Shown here: positions 1 through 12,128 of the stretch, in pieces
How positions within the stretch are numbered: position 1 is the stretch's first letter
How the letters are laid out: every line of letters starts with the position of its first letter
Source: Glaucostegus cemiculus
Lineage: Eukaryota
Direction: 5' to 3'
Assembly: GCA_976551045.1 (NCBI GenBank)
Contig: CDPCPM010000013.1
Location: forward strand, 19,964,001 to 20,028,000
DNA length: 64,000 bases
Position numbers and translations under genes: made by a program
Notes under the pieces: model-generated
The model's database searches: none
What the model was told of the DNA's origin: nothing
The model's input: the letters and a program-made list of their open reading frames with translations, nothing else

Positions 1-1848
1 TCGACCGATGAAGGACAATACACCATACGCCTTCCTAACCACAGAGTCAACCTGTGCAGCCGCCTTGAGCGTCCTATGGACTCGGACCCCAAGATCCCTC
101 TGATCCTCCACATTGCCAAGAGTCTTACCATTAATTCTATATTCCGCCAACCTATTTGACCTACCAAAATGAACCACTTCACATTTATCTGGGTTGAACT
201 GCATCTGCCATTTCTCAGCCCAACTCTGCATCCTATCTATGTCCCTCTGTAGCCTCTGATAGCCCTCCAAACTATCCACAATTCTCCCAACCTTCGTGTC
301 GTCAGCAAACTTACTAACCCAACCCTCCACTTCCTCATCCAGGTCATTTATAAAGATGACAAACAGCAAGGGTCCCAGCACAGATCCCTGAGGTACACCG
401 GAGGTCACCAACCTCCACTCAGAATACGGCCCTTCCACAACCACTCTTTGCCTTCTGTAAGCCAGCCAATTCTGAATCCACACCGCAATGTCCCCCTGGA
501 TCTCGTGTCTCCTCACCTTCTCCATAAGCCTCGCATGGGGCACCTTATCAAACACCTTGCTAAAATCCATATACACAACATCTACTGATCTCCCTTCATC
601 GATGTTCTTGGTCGCTTCTTCAAAAAATTCTATAAGACTTGTCAGACAGGACCTACCCTTGACAAAACCATGCTGACTATTTCTAATCATGCCATACTTC
701 TCCAGGTGTTCATAAATCCTGCCTCTCAGGATTCTCTCCAGCAGCTTACCAACCACCGAGGTAAGACTCACCGGTCTATAATTCCCTGGGCTATCCCTAT
801 TCCCCTTCTTGAATAACGGCACAACATCCGCAACCCTCCAATCTACCGGAACCTCTCCCGTCTCCATCGATGATGCAAAGATCATCGTCAGAGGCTCCGC
901 AATCTCCTCTCTCACCTCCCACAGCAATCTGGGATACATCTCGTCCGGCTCCGGTGACTTATCTAACTTAATACTCTCCAAAAGTTTCAGCACCTCCTCC
1001 TTTCTAATAGCCACCCGATCAATCCTTTCAGGCCGCTGCAAGCCCCCACTACAATCCCCTAGATCCTTCTCCGCAGTGAATACCGAAGTAAAGTATTTAT
1101 TAAGCACCTCCGCTATTTCTTCCGAGTCCATACACACTTTCCCGCTTCCACTCTTGATAGGCCCTATTCTTTTGCATCTCATCCTCTTACTCTTCACATA
1201 CCTGTAGAACGCCTTGGGGTTTTCCTTAATCCTACCCGCCAAGGCCTTCTCATGCCCCCTTCTGGCTCTCCTAATCTCTTTCTTAAGTTCCTTCCTATTA
1301 GCCTTGTATTCTTCCAGATTTCTAACATTACCTAGCTCCCCGTACCTTTTGTGCGCTTTTCTTTTCTCCTTGACTAGCTTTATTATAGCTTCCATACACC
1401 ACTGTTCCTGCATCCTCTCACGACTTCCCTGTCTCATTGGAACAGGTCTATGAAGAGCTCCACACAAATACCCCCTGAATATCTGCCACATATCCTCTGT
1501 ACTTTTCCCGGAGAACATCTGCTCCCAATTTAATCTTCCAATTTCTTGTCTGAGGCCCTCGTAATTCCCTCTACTCCAATTATACAGCTTTCTAGTGTGT
1601 CTGTTCCTATCCCTCTCCATTGCCAACATAAAGGAGATAGAATTATGGTCACTATCACCAAAATGTTCTCCCACCAAAAGATCTGACACCTGACCAGGTT
1701 CATTACCCAGTATCAAATCCAGCACAGCCTCTCCTCTCATAGGACTATCCACATACTGTGTCAAGAACCCTTCCTGAGCACACCTAACAGACTCCAGCCC
1801 ATCTAAACCCCTCACCGTCTGGAGACGCCAGTCGACATTTGGGAAATT
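1..1848 (-). mobile_element. Young 5'-truncated CR1-clade LINE; ORF2 (APE C-terminus + RT) uninterrupted and running off the window edge
   Basis: Manual translation from 1848 down to 1 gives about 616 codons with no stop: NFPNVDW..LDLILGN..GDSDHN (APE end), [50 protein letters not shown] (RT). It is missing from the ORF track, probably because no stop falls inside the window. Confidence 0.95.
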
Positions 1849-2149
1849 AATATTTTCTTAATATCCAATCTTGCATTTCTGTGAAAGTGCAAAAATTATT
1901 GGATTAACACAAATAGTCTTGTGGTATATTAAAATTGCTCCCAGATTACAGTGAGGAACTAGTTCACAGGGATTCTTTCTTCTTTTTGGTTGCACTGTTC
2001 TTCTTGGTGGACGCTGCAGAAAGACTGTCCTTGTGTATTGGAGCAGAATTTTTATCTTCTTCATCACTTTGTGATCCAGTATTCTCTGCATTCAATGACA
2101 GTTCATTCTCTGGGTTGCATTTTATAACTTTCTCTTTCACCCTTGCTCT

Positions 2150-2340
2150 CTACAGCCTACTTACTAGCTAATTCAATAATTTGTCTTCAACTCCATGAGC
2201 TTCAACTTTAACTAATATCCTCTTATGAGGTACTGCATCAAAAGCCCATTTAAATAACATGGACAGATTAGACCCTCTTCAATACTTTTAATCGCCTCTT
2301 CAACAAAGTCAAGGCAGCATGTATTGACAGTACTACTCCC
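2150..2340 (-). mobile_element. Old degraded CR1 RT fragment
   Basis: Reverse strand reads KVEAHGVEDKLLN, resembling CR1 RT KIRAHGIGG.L..WI; an upstream AFD.VPH-like segment is present. Confidence 0.5.
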
Positions 2341-2879
2341 GATGTGTCATTGTCATTTGAACCAGCATTACTGTTAGTGACTAAAATTTACTTAATGCAC
2401 ACAATTTCCATGTAATTCCTCCACTCAATGTGTATTCTTGTAAAATTATCCTGCTTTTATTGGCAAAAATTTCTGTAATTTCTGTTTTGTTTCAGCTACT
2501 CTGTAAATAGACTTTTCTGAGAACTGTTGTATGATTGCTTGTTTGCTGTGTACCCACTCTAGCACCTTGCCTCTCCTCCAGTTCATTGGTTGACACAGTG
2601 TTATCACTAGTAACTCTGAAAAGTAAATCAGGTTGCCAGGTAAGACTCATTCTTTACATATTAATGCTGGTGGTCTCTGATCCAAGAGAAAAATCTCAAC
2701 GTGTTCAATCACTTGGCCATTTAGTTTAGACTATAGTACTTTGTTGACAACAGATATGACTGTATATTCTTCTATAATTCCTTTGTTTTCATCTTCATGA
2801 AATAATTCAAAGGTGTGCAATTACCAGTACCAAATTAAGAAAACTTTGGATGATTTGGTGGCACAGATGCTCAGCTAGT

Positions 2880-4442
2880 TTGTAAGTGAATGGTAGAGTC
2901 TGGGGGAGTTGATGAGAATGAGAGGAGAGTAAAAATTGGATTAATGCAGGAGTAGTGATGATCAATGCAGGTTCTATGGGCCAAAAGGCTTGTGTCCATG
3001 CTATACACAAGAAGAGCTGAGGAACTCAGCAGGTCAGGCAGCATCCATGGAGGGAAATAAACAGTCAATGTTTCAGACTGAGACCCTTCATCAGGACTGG
3101 AAAGGATGAGGGCAGAAGGCAGAATAAGAAGGTTGGGGGAGAAGCACATGCAGGCAGGGGATAGGTGAGTTCAGGTGAGAGGGTGGGGAGGGGGAGAAGA
3201 TGTAATAACCTGAGAGGTGATATGTAGAGGAGGCAAAGGGCTGAAGAAGAAGAAAGAATCCGGTAGGAGAGGGCAGTGGACCATGGAATAAAGGATGGAG
3301 GAGGGGAGGAGAGGAGATGGGCAGGTCATCAAGGCAGGGGAAGGGAGCCACAGAAATAAGGGTAGAGAAAGGAGCGGGGGAGATAGAAGATAAAGAAGGG
3401 GTGGGGTTTACCAGAAGTTAGGAAAATAGATGTTGAGGCCATCAGGTTTGAGACCCCCTAGGCAGAATATGAAGTATTGCTCCTCCAACTTGCGTCTGGC
3501 CTCAACGTGGCGGTAGAGGAGGCCATGGATAGACATGTCAGTATGGGAGTGGAGTGTGGAATTGAAGTGGATGGCCACCAGGAGGTCCTGGCTGTTGTGG
3601 TAGATGGAGCGAAGGTGCTCAATGACATGGTCACCCAATCTGTGTTGGGTCCCACCGATGTACAGGAAGCCATACTAGGAGCGCTGGATGCAATAAATGA
3701 CACCCTCAGACTCACGGGTGAAGCACTGCCTCACCTGGAAGGACTGTCTGGGACCCTGAATGGTGGTGAGGGAGGAGTTGTGGGGATAGGTGTAGCACTT
3801 AGTGTGGTTGCAGGCAGGGTTGTTAGCAGTGGGGAGGGATGAGTGGACAAGGGAGTCACAGAGAAAGCGGTCCCTTCAGAAAGTGGAGAGGGGGGATGAA
3901 GGGAAAATGTGTCTGGCGTTAGGATCCTCTTGGAGATGGTGGAAGTTGTGGAGAATGATGTGTTGGGTACGGAGGCTTATGGGGTGGTAGGTGAGGACAA
4001 GGGGAACCCTGTCTCTCTTATGTCAGCAGGGGGAGGAAGTGAGGGTAGACGTGCAGGAAGTGGAGGAGATGCGGATAAGGGCGGCATTGATGGTGATGGA
4101 AGGGAAACTCCGGTTACTGAAAAAGGAGGATATCTCTGATGTCCTAGAATGGAAAGCCTCATCATGGGAACAGATGCGGCAGAGGCAGAGGAACTGGGAG
4201 AAAGGGGATGGCGTCCTTACAAGTGACAGGGTGGGAAGAGGTGTAACTCTGGGAGTCATTGGGTTTGTAGAAGATGTCTATGGTTAATCTGTCTCCGGTG
4301 ATGGAGACAGAGGGATCCAGAAAGGGGAGAGAGCTGTCGGAGCTGTAAGTGAATCTGAGGGTGGGGTGGAAGTTGGAGGCAAAGTTGATGAAATTGATGA
4401 ACTCAGCAGGGTGCTGGAAGCAGCTATATCTCTCTATGACTC
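2880..4442 (+). mobile_element. HE1-type SINE 3' half (CR1-like tail), in two pieces at 2880-3005 and 4423-4442, split by a Penelope insertion
   Basis: Joining the pieces gives ggccaaaaggcttgtgtccatgctata-tctctctatgactc, a typical HE1/CR1 3' end. Confidence 0.75.
3006..4422 (-). mobile_element. Penelope-like retroelement (RT thumb + GIY-YIG endonuclease, degenerate)
   Basis: Minus-strand ORFs read PFSQFLCLCRICSHDEAFHSRTSEISSFF and EHLRSI..VAIHFNS..H..RRKLEEQYFIFCLGGLKPDGLNI. Terminal repeat-type sequence lies at 3010-3100. Flanked by GCTATA at 3000-3005 and 4423-4428. Confidence 0.88.
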
Positions 4443-4576
4443 CATTACACTAAGGGGACCTAGGATGTTCTCATCTTCCTTCTTTAAATACCTAAAATAG
4501 AAATCATTTGGTCCTGGCGTGGGAAAAAAGATGCAAGTCCACCATTTTCTTCATTGCTGCTATTTTCTTAAATTTA

Positions 4577-4838
4577 TTGGAATTGGTATCGGTTTATTAT
4601 TGTCAAATGTACCAAGATACAGTGAAAAACTTAGTTTTGCAAGCCATCATACATATCATTTTAAAACATAAGTACATTGAGGTAGAACAAGGGTAAAGCA
4701 ATAACAGAATGCAGAATATAGTATTACAGTTACAGGGAGAATGCAGTGGCAAGCAGATAATAACGTGCAAGGGCCATGACAAGGTAGATTGTGAGGTCAA
4801 GAGTTCACCTTTAAAGTACAAGAGGTCCTCTCAAGAGT
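4577..4838 (-). mobile_element. 3' UTR/tail of a Rex1/Babar-type LINE
   Basis: Reverse strand ends ...tttcactgtatcttggtacatttgacaataataaaccgataccaatt (polyA signal plus short tandem tail), as in Rex1-type 3' ends. Confidence 0.6.
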
Positions 4839-4899
4839 AATTGTGGGGATCCTTAATGCAAGTTCATTATCAGTTTCCTCACAATGCCAGGATACTATC

Positions 4900-6270
4900 T
4901 TAGAATATAGAACAGTACAGCACAGGAACGGGCCCTTCGGCCCATGATGTTGTGCCAAACTAAATAAATTAGTAATCAAATGCCCAACTAAACTAATCCT
5001 TTCTGCCTACACAATGTCCATATCCCTCCATTTCCTGCACTTGCATGTGCCTATCTAAGAGTCTCTTGAATGCCTCTATCGTATTTGCCTCCACTACCAC
5101 CCCTGGCACCCAAAATGCAACACTTCACATTTGGCTGGGTTAAACTCCATCTGCCATTTCTCCACCCATATCTGCAATTGATCTATATTCCACTGTATCC
5201 TTTGGCAGTCTTCTATGCTAGCTACAACACCACCAATCTTCATACCATCTGCAAACTTACTAATCCACCCATCTATGTTTTCTTCCAGTCATTTATATAA
5301 TATGTGCATATATATCACAAACACAAACAGTGAAGGTCCCAGTATGGATCCCTGTGGAATACCACTAGTCACAGACCTCCAGCCAGAGTAAGTCCCATCC
5401 ACCGCTACCCTCTGTCTTCTATGGGCAAGCCAGTTCTGAATCCAAATGGCCAATTCACTCTGGATCCCATGTATCTTAATCTTCTGGATGAGCCTCCCAT
5501 GAGGGACTTTGTCAAATGCTTTAATGAATTCCATGCAGACAACATCCACAGCTCTACCTTCATCAATCACCTTCATCACCTCCTCGAAAAACTCAGTCAA
5601 GTTAGTAAGACACGACTTGCTCTGCACAAAGCCATGCTGACTGTCCCTAATTAAGCCATGGTTTTCCAAATGCTCGTAAATCCTATCCCTAAGAATCCTC
5701 CTCAATTACTTCCCTACCTATGACATGAGACTCACCAGTCTATAGTTTCCAGGATTATCTCTATTTCACTTGAATAATGGAACAACATTAGCTACTCACC
5801 AGTCCTCCAGGACCTCACCTGTGGCTGGAGAGGACATGAAGATATTGGTCAAGGCCCTAGCAATCTTATCTCTTGCTTCACTCAATAACCTGGGGTCTAT
5901 CCCATCAGGCCCTGGGGACTGATCCACTTTAATGTTCTTTAAGAGACCCAACACTACCTCTTTATTTATCGACTTCTCTCATTGATTTATGTTGTCTCTT
6001 TCTTCTTTAATCATCTGTGGCAGTTTTTATCTTAGTCAAGTAGAGCTCCGGGTCCTTGAGGATATGAACTGGTTCTGTGTTAAGTTCTTTATTTAGCAAG
6101 CACTTCCCTGCGCGAACTAACTTGTTTTGCCAAGTAGCAAACACCTTAGGTAGTCTCTTTGTCAATGCATGGAAATCAGCTTTTCCCAGATCGAGAGTCT
6201 TAGAGCTTTTTTGCCTTTCTCCACTTTGATCACCACATTGAAGTTGATCACATTATTTTTAGATAAATGT
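4900..6270 (-). mobile_element. CR1 LINE fragment(s): 3' end, RT with internal deletion near 5108, and an older APE-RT linker remnant at 5960-6270
   Basis: ORF 5289-5705 reads [24 protein letters not shown]. The 3' terminus tagaacagtacagcacagg..gggcccttcggccc is near 4908. TLDLGKADF resembles CR1 LNWGKANF. Confidence 0.88.
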
Positions 6271-6741
6271 ACCATGAGGCTGTTGATCAGCTCATTACTA
6301 AATCTAATAGGGCCTGCATTTGTTTTTCTTTTACATACGGGAATAAATGTGGGGAAAACAGAGGTGAAGAAGGAACAAACTCCATTGGCATCACTTTATT
6401 GTTGGGTTTTTGCATGCCTTTGCAGTAGTAAAAGTAAAGCCTATATTTCTGAAGAATAGGTTGGCATTGCAAGTACTGACAAGTAGTGTAGGAGAGAAAT
6501 AATCACAGATTTCATGTTACTAAGTAGGCCTTTCATCTGTTTGTTTGTTCTACATGGAACTACAACTCATTAAGTTTCTATTCCAGTAGGATAAAATTTC
6601 TCTGTCAAAACATGGGGGTGGAGTATGTATACTTCTTTACAAAACAATATGAGGTGAGGCTGAATCATAAATACAATATACAGTTATAGTGTATGACCAT
6701 TAACATAAATTAGCACATACAAACTTATATGATTAAAATAA

Positions 6742-6862
6742 AGAAACTGCAGATGCTGGAAATTTGAAATAAAATGGAAAGTGCTGGTAATGCTCAGCAG
6801 TACAGCCATCCTCTGGAGAGAGAAATAGAGTTAACATTTCAGTCAATGGCCTTCATCAGAAC
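6742..6862. repeat. Short Penelope-terminus-derived repeat (elasmobranch MER6-like)
   Basis: aactgcagatgctggaaatttgaaat...tgctcagcag motif; related copies occur near 17080-17290, 42335-42420, 44540-44700, 47400-47532, 48205-48440 and 49570-49690. Confidence 0.65.
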
Positions 6863-7407
6863 TGTAGCCATTTGGGGTTAAAGCCCCAAATATTCTCCTG
6901 CCTGCCCAGCATGAATGGTGCAAGATGGGAGAGTTGTGGGCAATTGGGTTAAAATGATAAAATAATGCATTTAAACAGTTCTGCTGCCCTAGTCTATAAC
7001 AGTGAAATGTAATCCAGAGCCCCAAGAAACATGGGAGCAGAATTTGCCTCGGTTATTCCAATTTAGTTTTCTTTTTGGGTCACGAGGGCCCTCACAAAGA
7101 AACCTTGGGGACTCTCTGTTTAGAGTTTTCCTCCCTTCACTAACTGCATTTGTCACAAACTCTCCCACATCCTCATGAGCATTCCCTAATTTTATTGGAA
7201 AGCTTATTGTGTGCTCTCAAGGGTTCTGTCAGGGTGTTGAGGATTGGATAGTTCTTTCCAATTTCATTGTTTCAGCCAATAGCTTCAATGTTATCTCCAA
7301 TGACTTTTGGCAGGAGTCAACATCAGGATACGTAACGAAGGCTGGGGACTAAAAGTCTGGGTTTCATGCTGGCAATATTGTGAGTGTTTCCTTCCTGCAC
7401 TTTACAC

Positions 7408-8535
7408 TCAGAATCAGAATCAGGTTTATATCACTGTCTTCTATGACTTGAAATTAGTTGTTTTGCGGTATCAGTACAGTGCAAAGACATAAGACAGGGC
7501 GGCACGATAGCATAGCAGTTAGCGCGACACTGTTACAGCGGCAGCGATTGGGGTTCGATTCCCGTTGCTGTCTGTAAGGAGGTTGTACGTTCTCCCGTGT
7601 CTGCGTGGGTTTCCTCCGGGTGCTCCAGTTTCCTCCCACATTCTGAAAGATGTACGGGTAGGTGAATTTGGGGGTTTCAGAAATGGGCGGCGTGGGCTCG
7701 GAAGGCCAAAAGGGCCTGTTACTATGCTGTAAATAAAATTTAAAAAATTTAAAAATGACTATAAATTACAAAAAAAAAGCAGAAAAATGAATAAAGAGGT
7801 AGTGTTCATGGACCATTCATAAATATGATGTTAGAGGGGAAAAGCTGTTTCTAAATCATTGAGTGTGGGTCTTCAGCCTTCTCTACCTCCTCCCATATGG
7901 TAATATTGAGAAGAGGGCATGGCCTGGATGGTGAGGGTTCTTAGTGATGGATGCCTCCTTCTTGAGGCACCACCTCTTGAAGATATCCTCGATGGTGGGG
8001 AGGGATTTGCCCATGATGGAACTGGCTGAGTCTACAACCCTCTGCAGCCCTTTGTGATCCTGTGCATTGGAGCCTCTATACCAGGCTGTGATGTAACCAG
8101 TCAGGAAGCTCTCCACCATACATCTATAGAAATTTGCAAGAGTCTTTGGTGACATACCAAATTTCCTCAAACTCCTAAAGAATGAGAGCCGCTGGCATTG
8201 CTTGTGTTGAGCCCAGGATAGCTCCTCCAAGACGTTGACACCCAGGAACTTAAAGCTGCTCACCCTTTCCACCGCTGACCCCTTAATGAGGACTGGTGTG
8301 TGTTCTCTTGACTTTCCCTTCCTGAAGTCCACAATTAGTTCCTTGGTCTTGCTGACTTGGAGTGAGAGGTTGCTGTTGCGATACCACTCAACCAGCTGAT
8401 CTAGCTCACTCCTGTACGCCTCCTCATTGCCATCTAAGATTTTACCAACAACAGTGGTGTCATCTGCGAATTTGTAGATGGTGTTTGAGCTGTGTGTAGC
8501 CACCCAGTCATGAGTGTAGAGAGAGTAGAGCATGT
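7408..8535 (-). mobile_element. Rex1/Babar LINE 3' part (RT C-terminus + 3' UTR), interrupted by a V-SINE
   Basis: ORF 7883-8533 reads LYSLYTHD..KFADDTTVVG..KTKELIVDFRK..FKFLGV..HPGHALFS. The (tcagaa)n tail is at 7408-7423. Confidence 0.9.
7497..7755 (+). mobile_element. tRNA-derived V-SINE (HE1 family) with CR1-like tail
   Basis: tRNA-like head with B-box ggttcgattcc, V-domain tctgcgtgggtttcctccgggtgctccagtttcctcccaca, and tail ggccaaaagggcctgttactatgctgta followed by an A-rich end. Confidence 0.88.
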
Positions 8536-9038
8536 TTAAATCAAGGCTTAAGTGTTAACAGATAGCACTAGATCAGGTAAGTGGGTAGAAAGCATGATGC
8601 ATAACCAACATGAATTAGGGACAAAAGATTATAACTGTGGTACATTCAACCATTTTATCATGGTAGAATTTTATTTCAAAAAACAAATTTTCCAATTTTA
8701 AGTGATAATTGATGGGTAAATATTATGCTACCTGGCTGTTAGTTACTTTAAAGATGTTGGAACCCCTAAACTAATGGAGATGATAATCATCTGTGTGCAA
8801 GGAAACAATCTCCAACTTTCCTATCTATCACAAAATAAAAATAATAATAGTAAGATGAGTGATACATTTTGCATTTTCATCAAAGCTTAATTGAATATTG
8901 ATCTTCTTTTGTCTACCTATCTGCAATGACATTAAGCACTGTCTGCTCCTCAAAATAAGTTTTTCAAATTTTCTAACCTGATTTTGTGGCAATTTTAACT
9001 CCTGCTGGGATTGCATTTTCTCAGTACATTCCCAGCCT

Positions 9039-9172
9039 NNNNNNNNNNNNNNNNNNNNNNNNNNNNNNNNNNNNNNNNNNNNNNNNNNNNNNNNNNNNNN
9101 NNNNNNNNNNNNNNNNNNNNNNNNNNNNNNNNNNNNNNNNNNNNNNNNNNNNNNNNNNNNNNNNNNNNNNNN
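9039..9172. other. Assembly gap (134 N)
   Basis: Run of N bases. Confidence 1.
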
Positions 9173-10739
9173 GTTGTCAGATTTGACACAGTCATAAATT
9201 CATGCAAGCTACGTCCTTAGTTTATCAACTGGTTTGTGTCGAACACTGAGGGAGTCAGCAGTGGAGAACCATATCCCATCAGACCAAGAGAAAACTGAAG
9301 GGTCTTGGGTGCCTTTTGGTTATCCAGGATATAGCAGAATCTGGAAATATGATGTGCATTTGTCAGGCCAGTTACATAAACAAATGAAGGATAACATATT
9401 GCCAGAATTATCACTCATGTAAAAATAAAGAAATTGTCTGGAGTTTCTTTTGTACTGATAAAAACAAGGGAACCATGGATAAAGCAGAATGAATTGGGAC
9501 ATAACTTTTACTGGTCAAATGATCTGGGAGTGCACATTGCATTCAATATTAAATGTACATCATATTTTTATCTGCAGGATTGGATATCAATTTTAATAGC
9601 CTCTGAAAGCTGCCATGGAGCTCACAATAGGGAATTAACCTATGCTTTTTGGCTAGCATGTGAGCTGCATGCCAATGTACTGCAAATTTGAATTATTGCA
9701 CTGCCTGACCAAGACCAGTCATGCTGTGTTTGCCTGAATTCTTCAGCACAGGACCAATATCAATAGTGGTTAGCATCAATTAAAGGTAGATGCCGTGGCT
9801 TAAGGCCAGCCTGTACTTCAGAGAGGTGGTGAGTTGTGGCTGGAAGAAGTACTAACAGAACTTCTTCAAAAGAAATTGACCATGGATCCGTGAAGAACTG
9901 TGCAAAATGAAAGAGATCGGAGTCCATGGTTTCTCAATGCCGCAAGGAAGCCTTGATGGACGAAGTGGAAAGGAAGTCAGGGCTTGCGTCAGCAAGGATC
10001 TAACCAGTCCTTCAGACAGGTGCACAGCCAGCAGTGGGATAGGCAAATAGGCCTGAAAGTCAGTACAAAGAATGAAACCACAAGGACGTGAATACAGTGC
10101 TGCTAGAAGTTCAATGACCTCATGAACAAGGCTATGATTTTATCTTCAAGCACCATATCTATGAACTGTACCACTGGTCTCATACATTACCCAATTCATT
10201 ACAATTTTTCCACTTGTCTACCATTAAGCTCAATAATACAGGTGTCACATCTAATTTTTATAAACCCTACCATGCACTTAGCAATGGCGTAAGCCTCACC
10301 CGCATCTTGCAGCTTGCACACAATGCAAACTATTTGACCATGTCAGTCGTGCTACCAAACATGTTGCATGACAATCACTGATACAGTTTCTCATGCAGGA
10401 CACAGTGGTGCATAAACACCTAATCAGAATAGGACAGATATATTCTAACCCCATGGAGGAAACAGTGCTGGTCATTACTGGAAGGGTCATTGCTATGCCA
10501 TGTGAAGATTACAGTATCCTCACATCTAACCCTCCTTCTTGCATCTCTCTTTGGTTTCAACCCACAGTGTCTTCTGACTTACAAGCCACCAATGGTATAA
10601 ACACTCATATCTTACTTTTCCACACCAGCAGCCCCACTCATCCTCTACTTCCCTGATTACAACAATACCCTTGTGCCATTCACTGTGATTGTAGTGTGTG
10701 CCATCTTCAAAATACACTGCATTTAATTATCACTATACT

Positions 10740-11010
10740 GACAGCACCTCTGAAATGGGCAACCCTTGCCAACTCAAAGGCCAAGAGCAGCAGGTCCTTG
10801 GGAACACCACCACTTACAAGTTTCTCTCCAAGTCACACACCATCCTCAATTGGAAATTTTTGCAGGTCCTTCATCAGTGGTGTATTTGAATCCTGGAACT
10901 CCCTATCCAACAGCACTGTGGGAGTACCTTTGCCAGAAGGACTGTGCCTTGCCACCACCTTCTCGAGGACAATTAAGGATGGGCAATACATATTTCCTTG
11001 CCAAAGATGC
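10740..11010 (+). mobile_element. 3' end of an elasmobranch CR1/L2-group LINE
   Basis: tcctggaactccctatccaacagcactgtggg...ccaccttctcgaggacaattaaggatgggcaata; same family as 13420-14420 and 50160-51190 on the minus strand. Confidence 0.65.
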
Positions 11011-11084
11011 CCAGATTCCAAATTAATACATTTTGTTGATTACTCAAGTGCTTATGCCTTCACCATTATGACATACAACATGCT

Positions 11085-11545
11085 TATAGAGTCATCGAGT
11101 AATACAGCATTGAAACAAGCCCTTCGGCCCAACTTGTCCATGCCAACCATGGTACCCACCAAGCTAGTCCCATTTGCCTGTCTTTGGCCCATATTCCTCC
11201 AGACCCCTCCTATCCGCATACTTATCCAAATGTCTTTTAAATATTGTTATTGTACCTGCCTCAACTACTTCCTCTAGCAGCTCATTCCATATACACATGT
11301 AAAGAAGTTGCCCCTCAGGTCCCTTTTAAATCTTTCACCTCTCACCTTTAACCTATGCCCTCTAGTTTTTAGTTCCTCTTCACCGGGAAAAAAGACAATG
11401 CATTCACCCTATCCATACCCCTCATAATTTTATACACCTATGTTCCAAGGAATAAAGTCCTAGGCTGCCCAACCTCTCCCTATAATTTAGGCCCTCGAGT
11501 CCTGGCAGCATCCTCATATATCTTCTCTGCACTCTTTCCAGATCC
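11085..11545 (-). mobile_element. CR1 LINE 3' end
   Basis: tagagtcat..aacaagcccttcggccc terminus plus the reverse complement of the RGHRLKVRGERFKRDLRG C-terminal region. Confidence 0.85.
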
Positions 11546-11835
11546 TTGCTACAAATGCACTTGTGCATTGCAGACACTATCTTGGAACTCTTGAGGGCTT
11601 TTTACACCCAAGGTCATCCAAAGTAGTTTAATTTTGCCAACCTTGACTTTTGATGGGCATTAGAACATTTAGAGATCCTTCGCAATTTGTATGACAAATA
11701 AAAATTTCTAAGGGGTTCCGATATTTTTCAGTTTGGAATTCATTAAGTAACTTCCCAACATAATTAGAGGTAACATGAACATTGGGACATTATGTTCAAC
11801 TGTTTAATGTAACTTAAAATATTCTGGGCAATGAA

Positions 11836-12128
11836 GGTAAATGGTAGCATAGTGGTTAGCACAATGCTTTTCAGCGTCAGCGGCCTGGGTTCAAATTTGG
11901 CCACTGTCTGTAAGGAGTTTGTACGTTCTCCCCGTGTCTGTGTGGGTTTCCTCCAGGTGCTCCGGTTTCCTCCCACATTTCAAAGACCTACAGGTTAGGA
12001 AGTTATGGGCATGCTCTGTTGGCGCCGGAAGTGTAGTGACACTTGGGGGCTGCCCCACAAAATCACTATGCAAAAGATGTATTTCACTGTGTGTTTTGAT
12101 ATACATGTGAACAATAAAGATCTTAGTA
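11836..12128 (+). mobile_element. V-SINE with non-CR1 (Rex1-like) tail
   Basis: tRNA head, V-domain, then ggcgccggaagtg..., and tail tgcaaaagatgtatttcactgtgtgttttgatatacatgtgaacaataaagatct. Confidence 0.88.

Noticed and set aside
488-1453. Plus-strand ORFs at 488, 809 and 1214
   Set aside because: Antisense shadows of the CR1 ORF2 on the minus strand.
5960-6270. Reverse-strand LKDPELYLTK, resembling CCDC83 LKIPRRLYLTQ
   Set aside because: The surrounding frame (TLDLGKADFHALTKRLPKV) matches the CR1 APE-RT linker, so it is LINE debris.
8986-9220. ORFs containing long X runs
   Set aside because: Artefacts of the N gap.
9780-10450. Slightly GC-richer coding-like stretch
   Set aside because: Faint Rex1/L2-type ORF2 remnants with many stops; too degraded to call.
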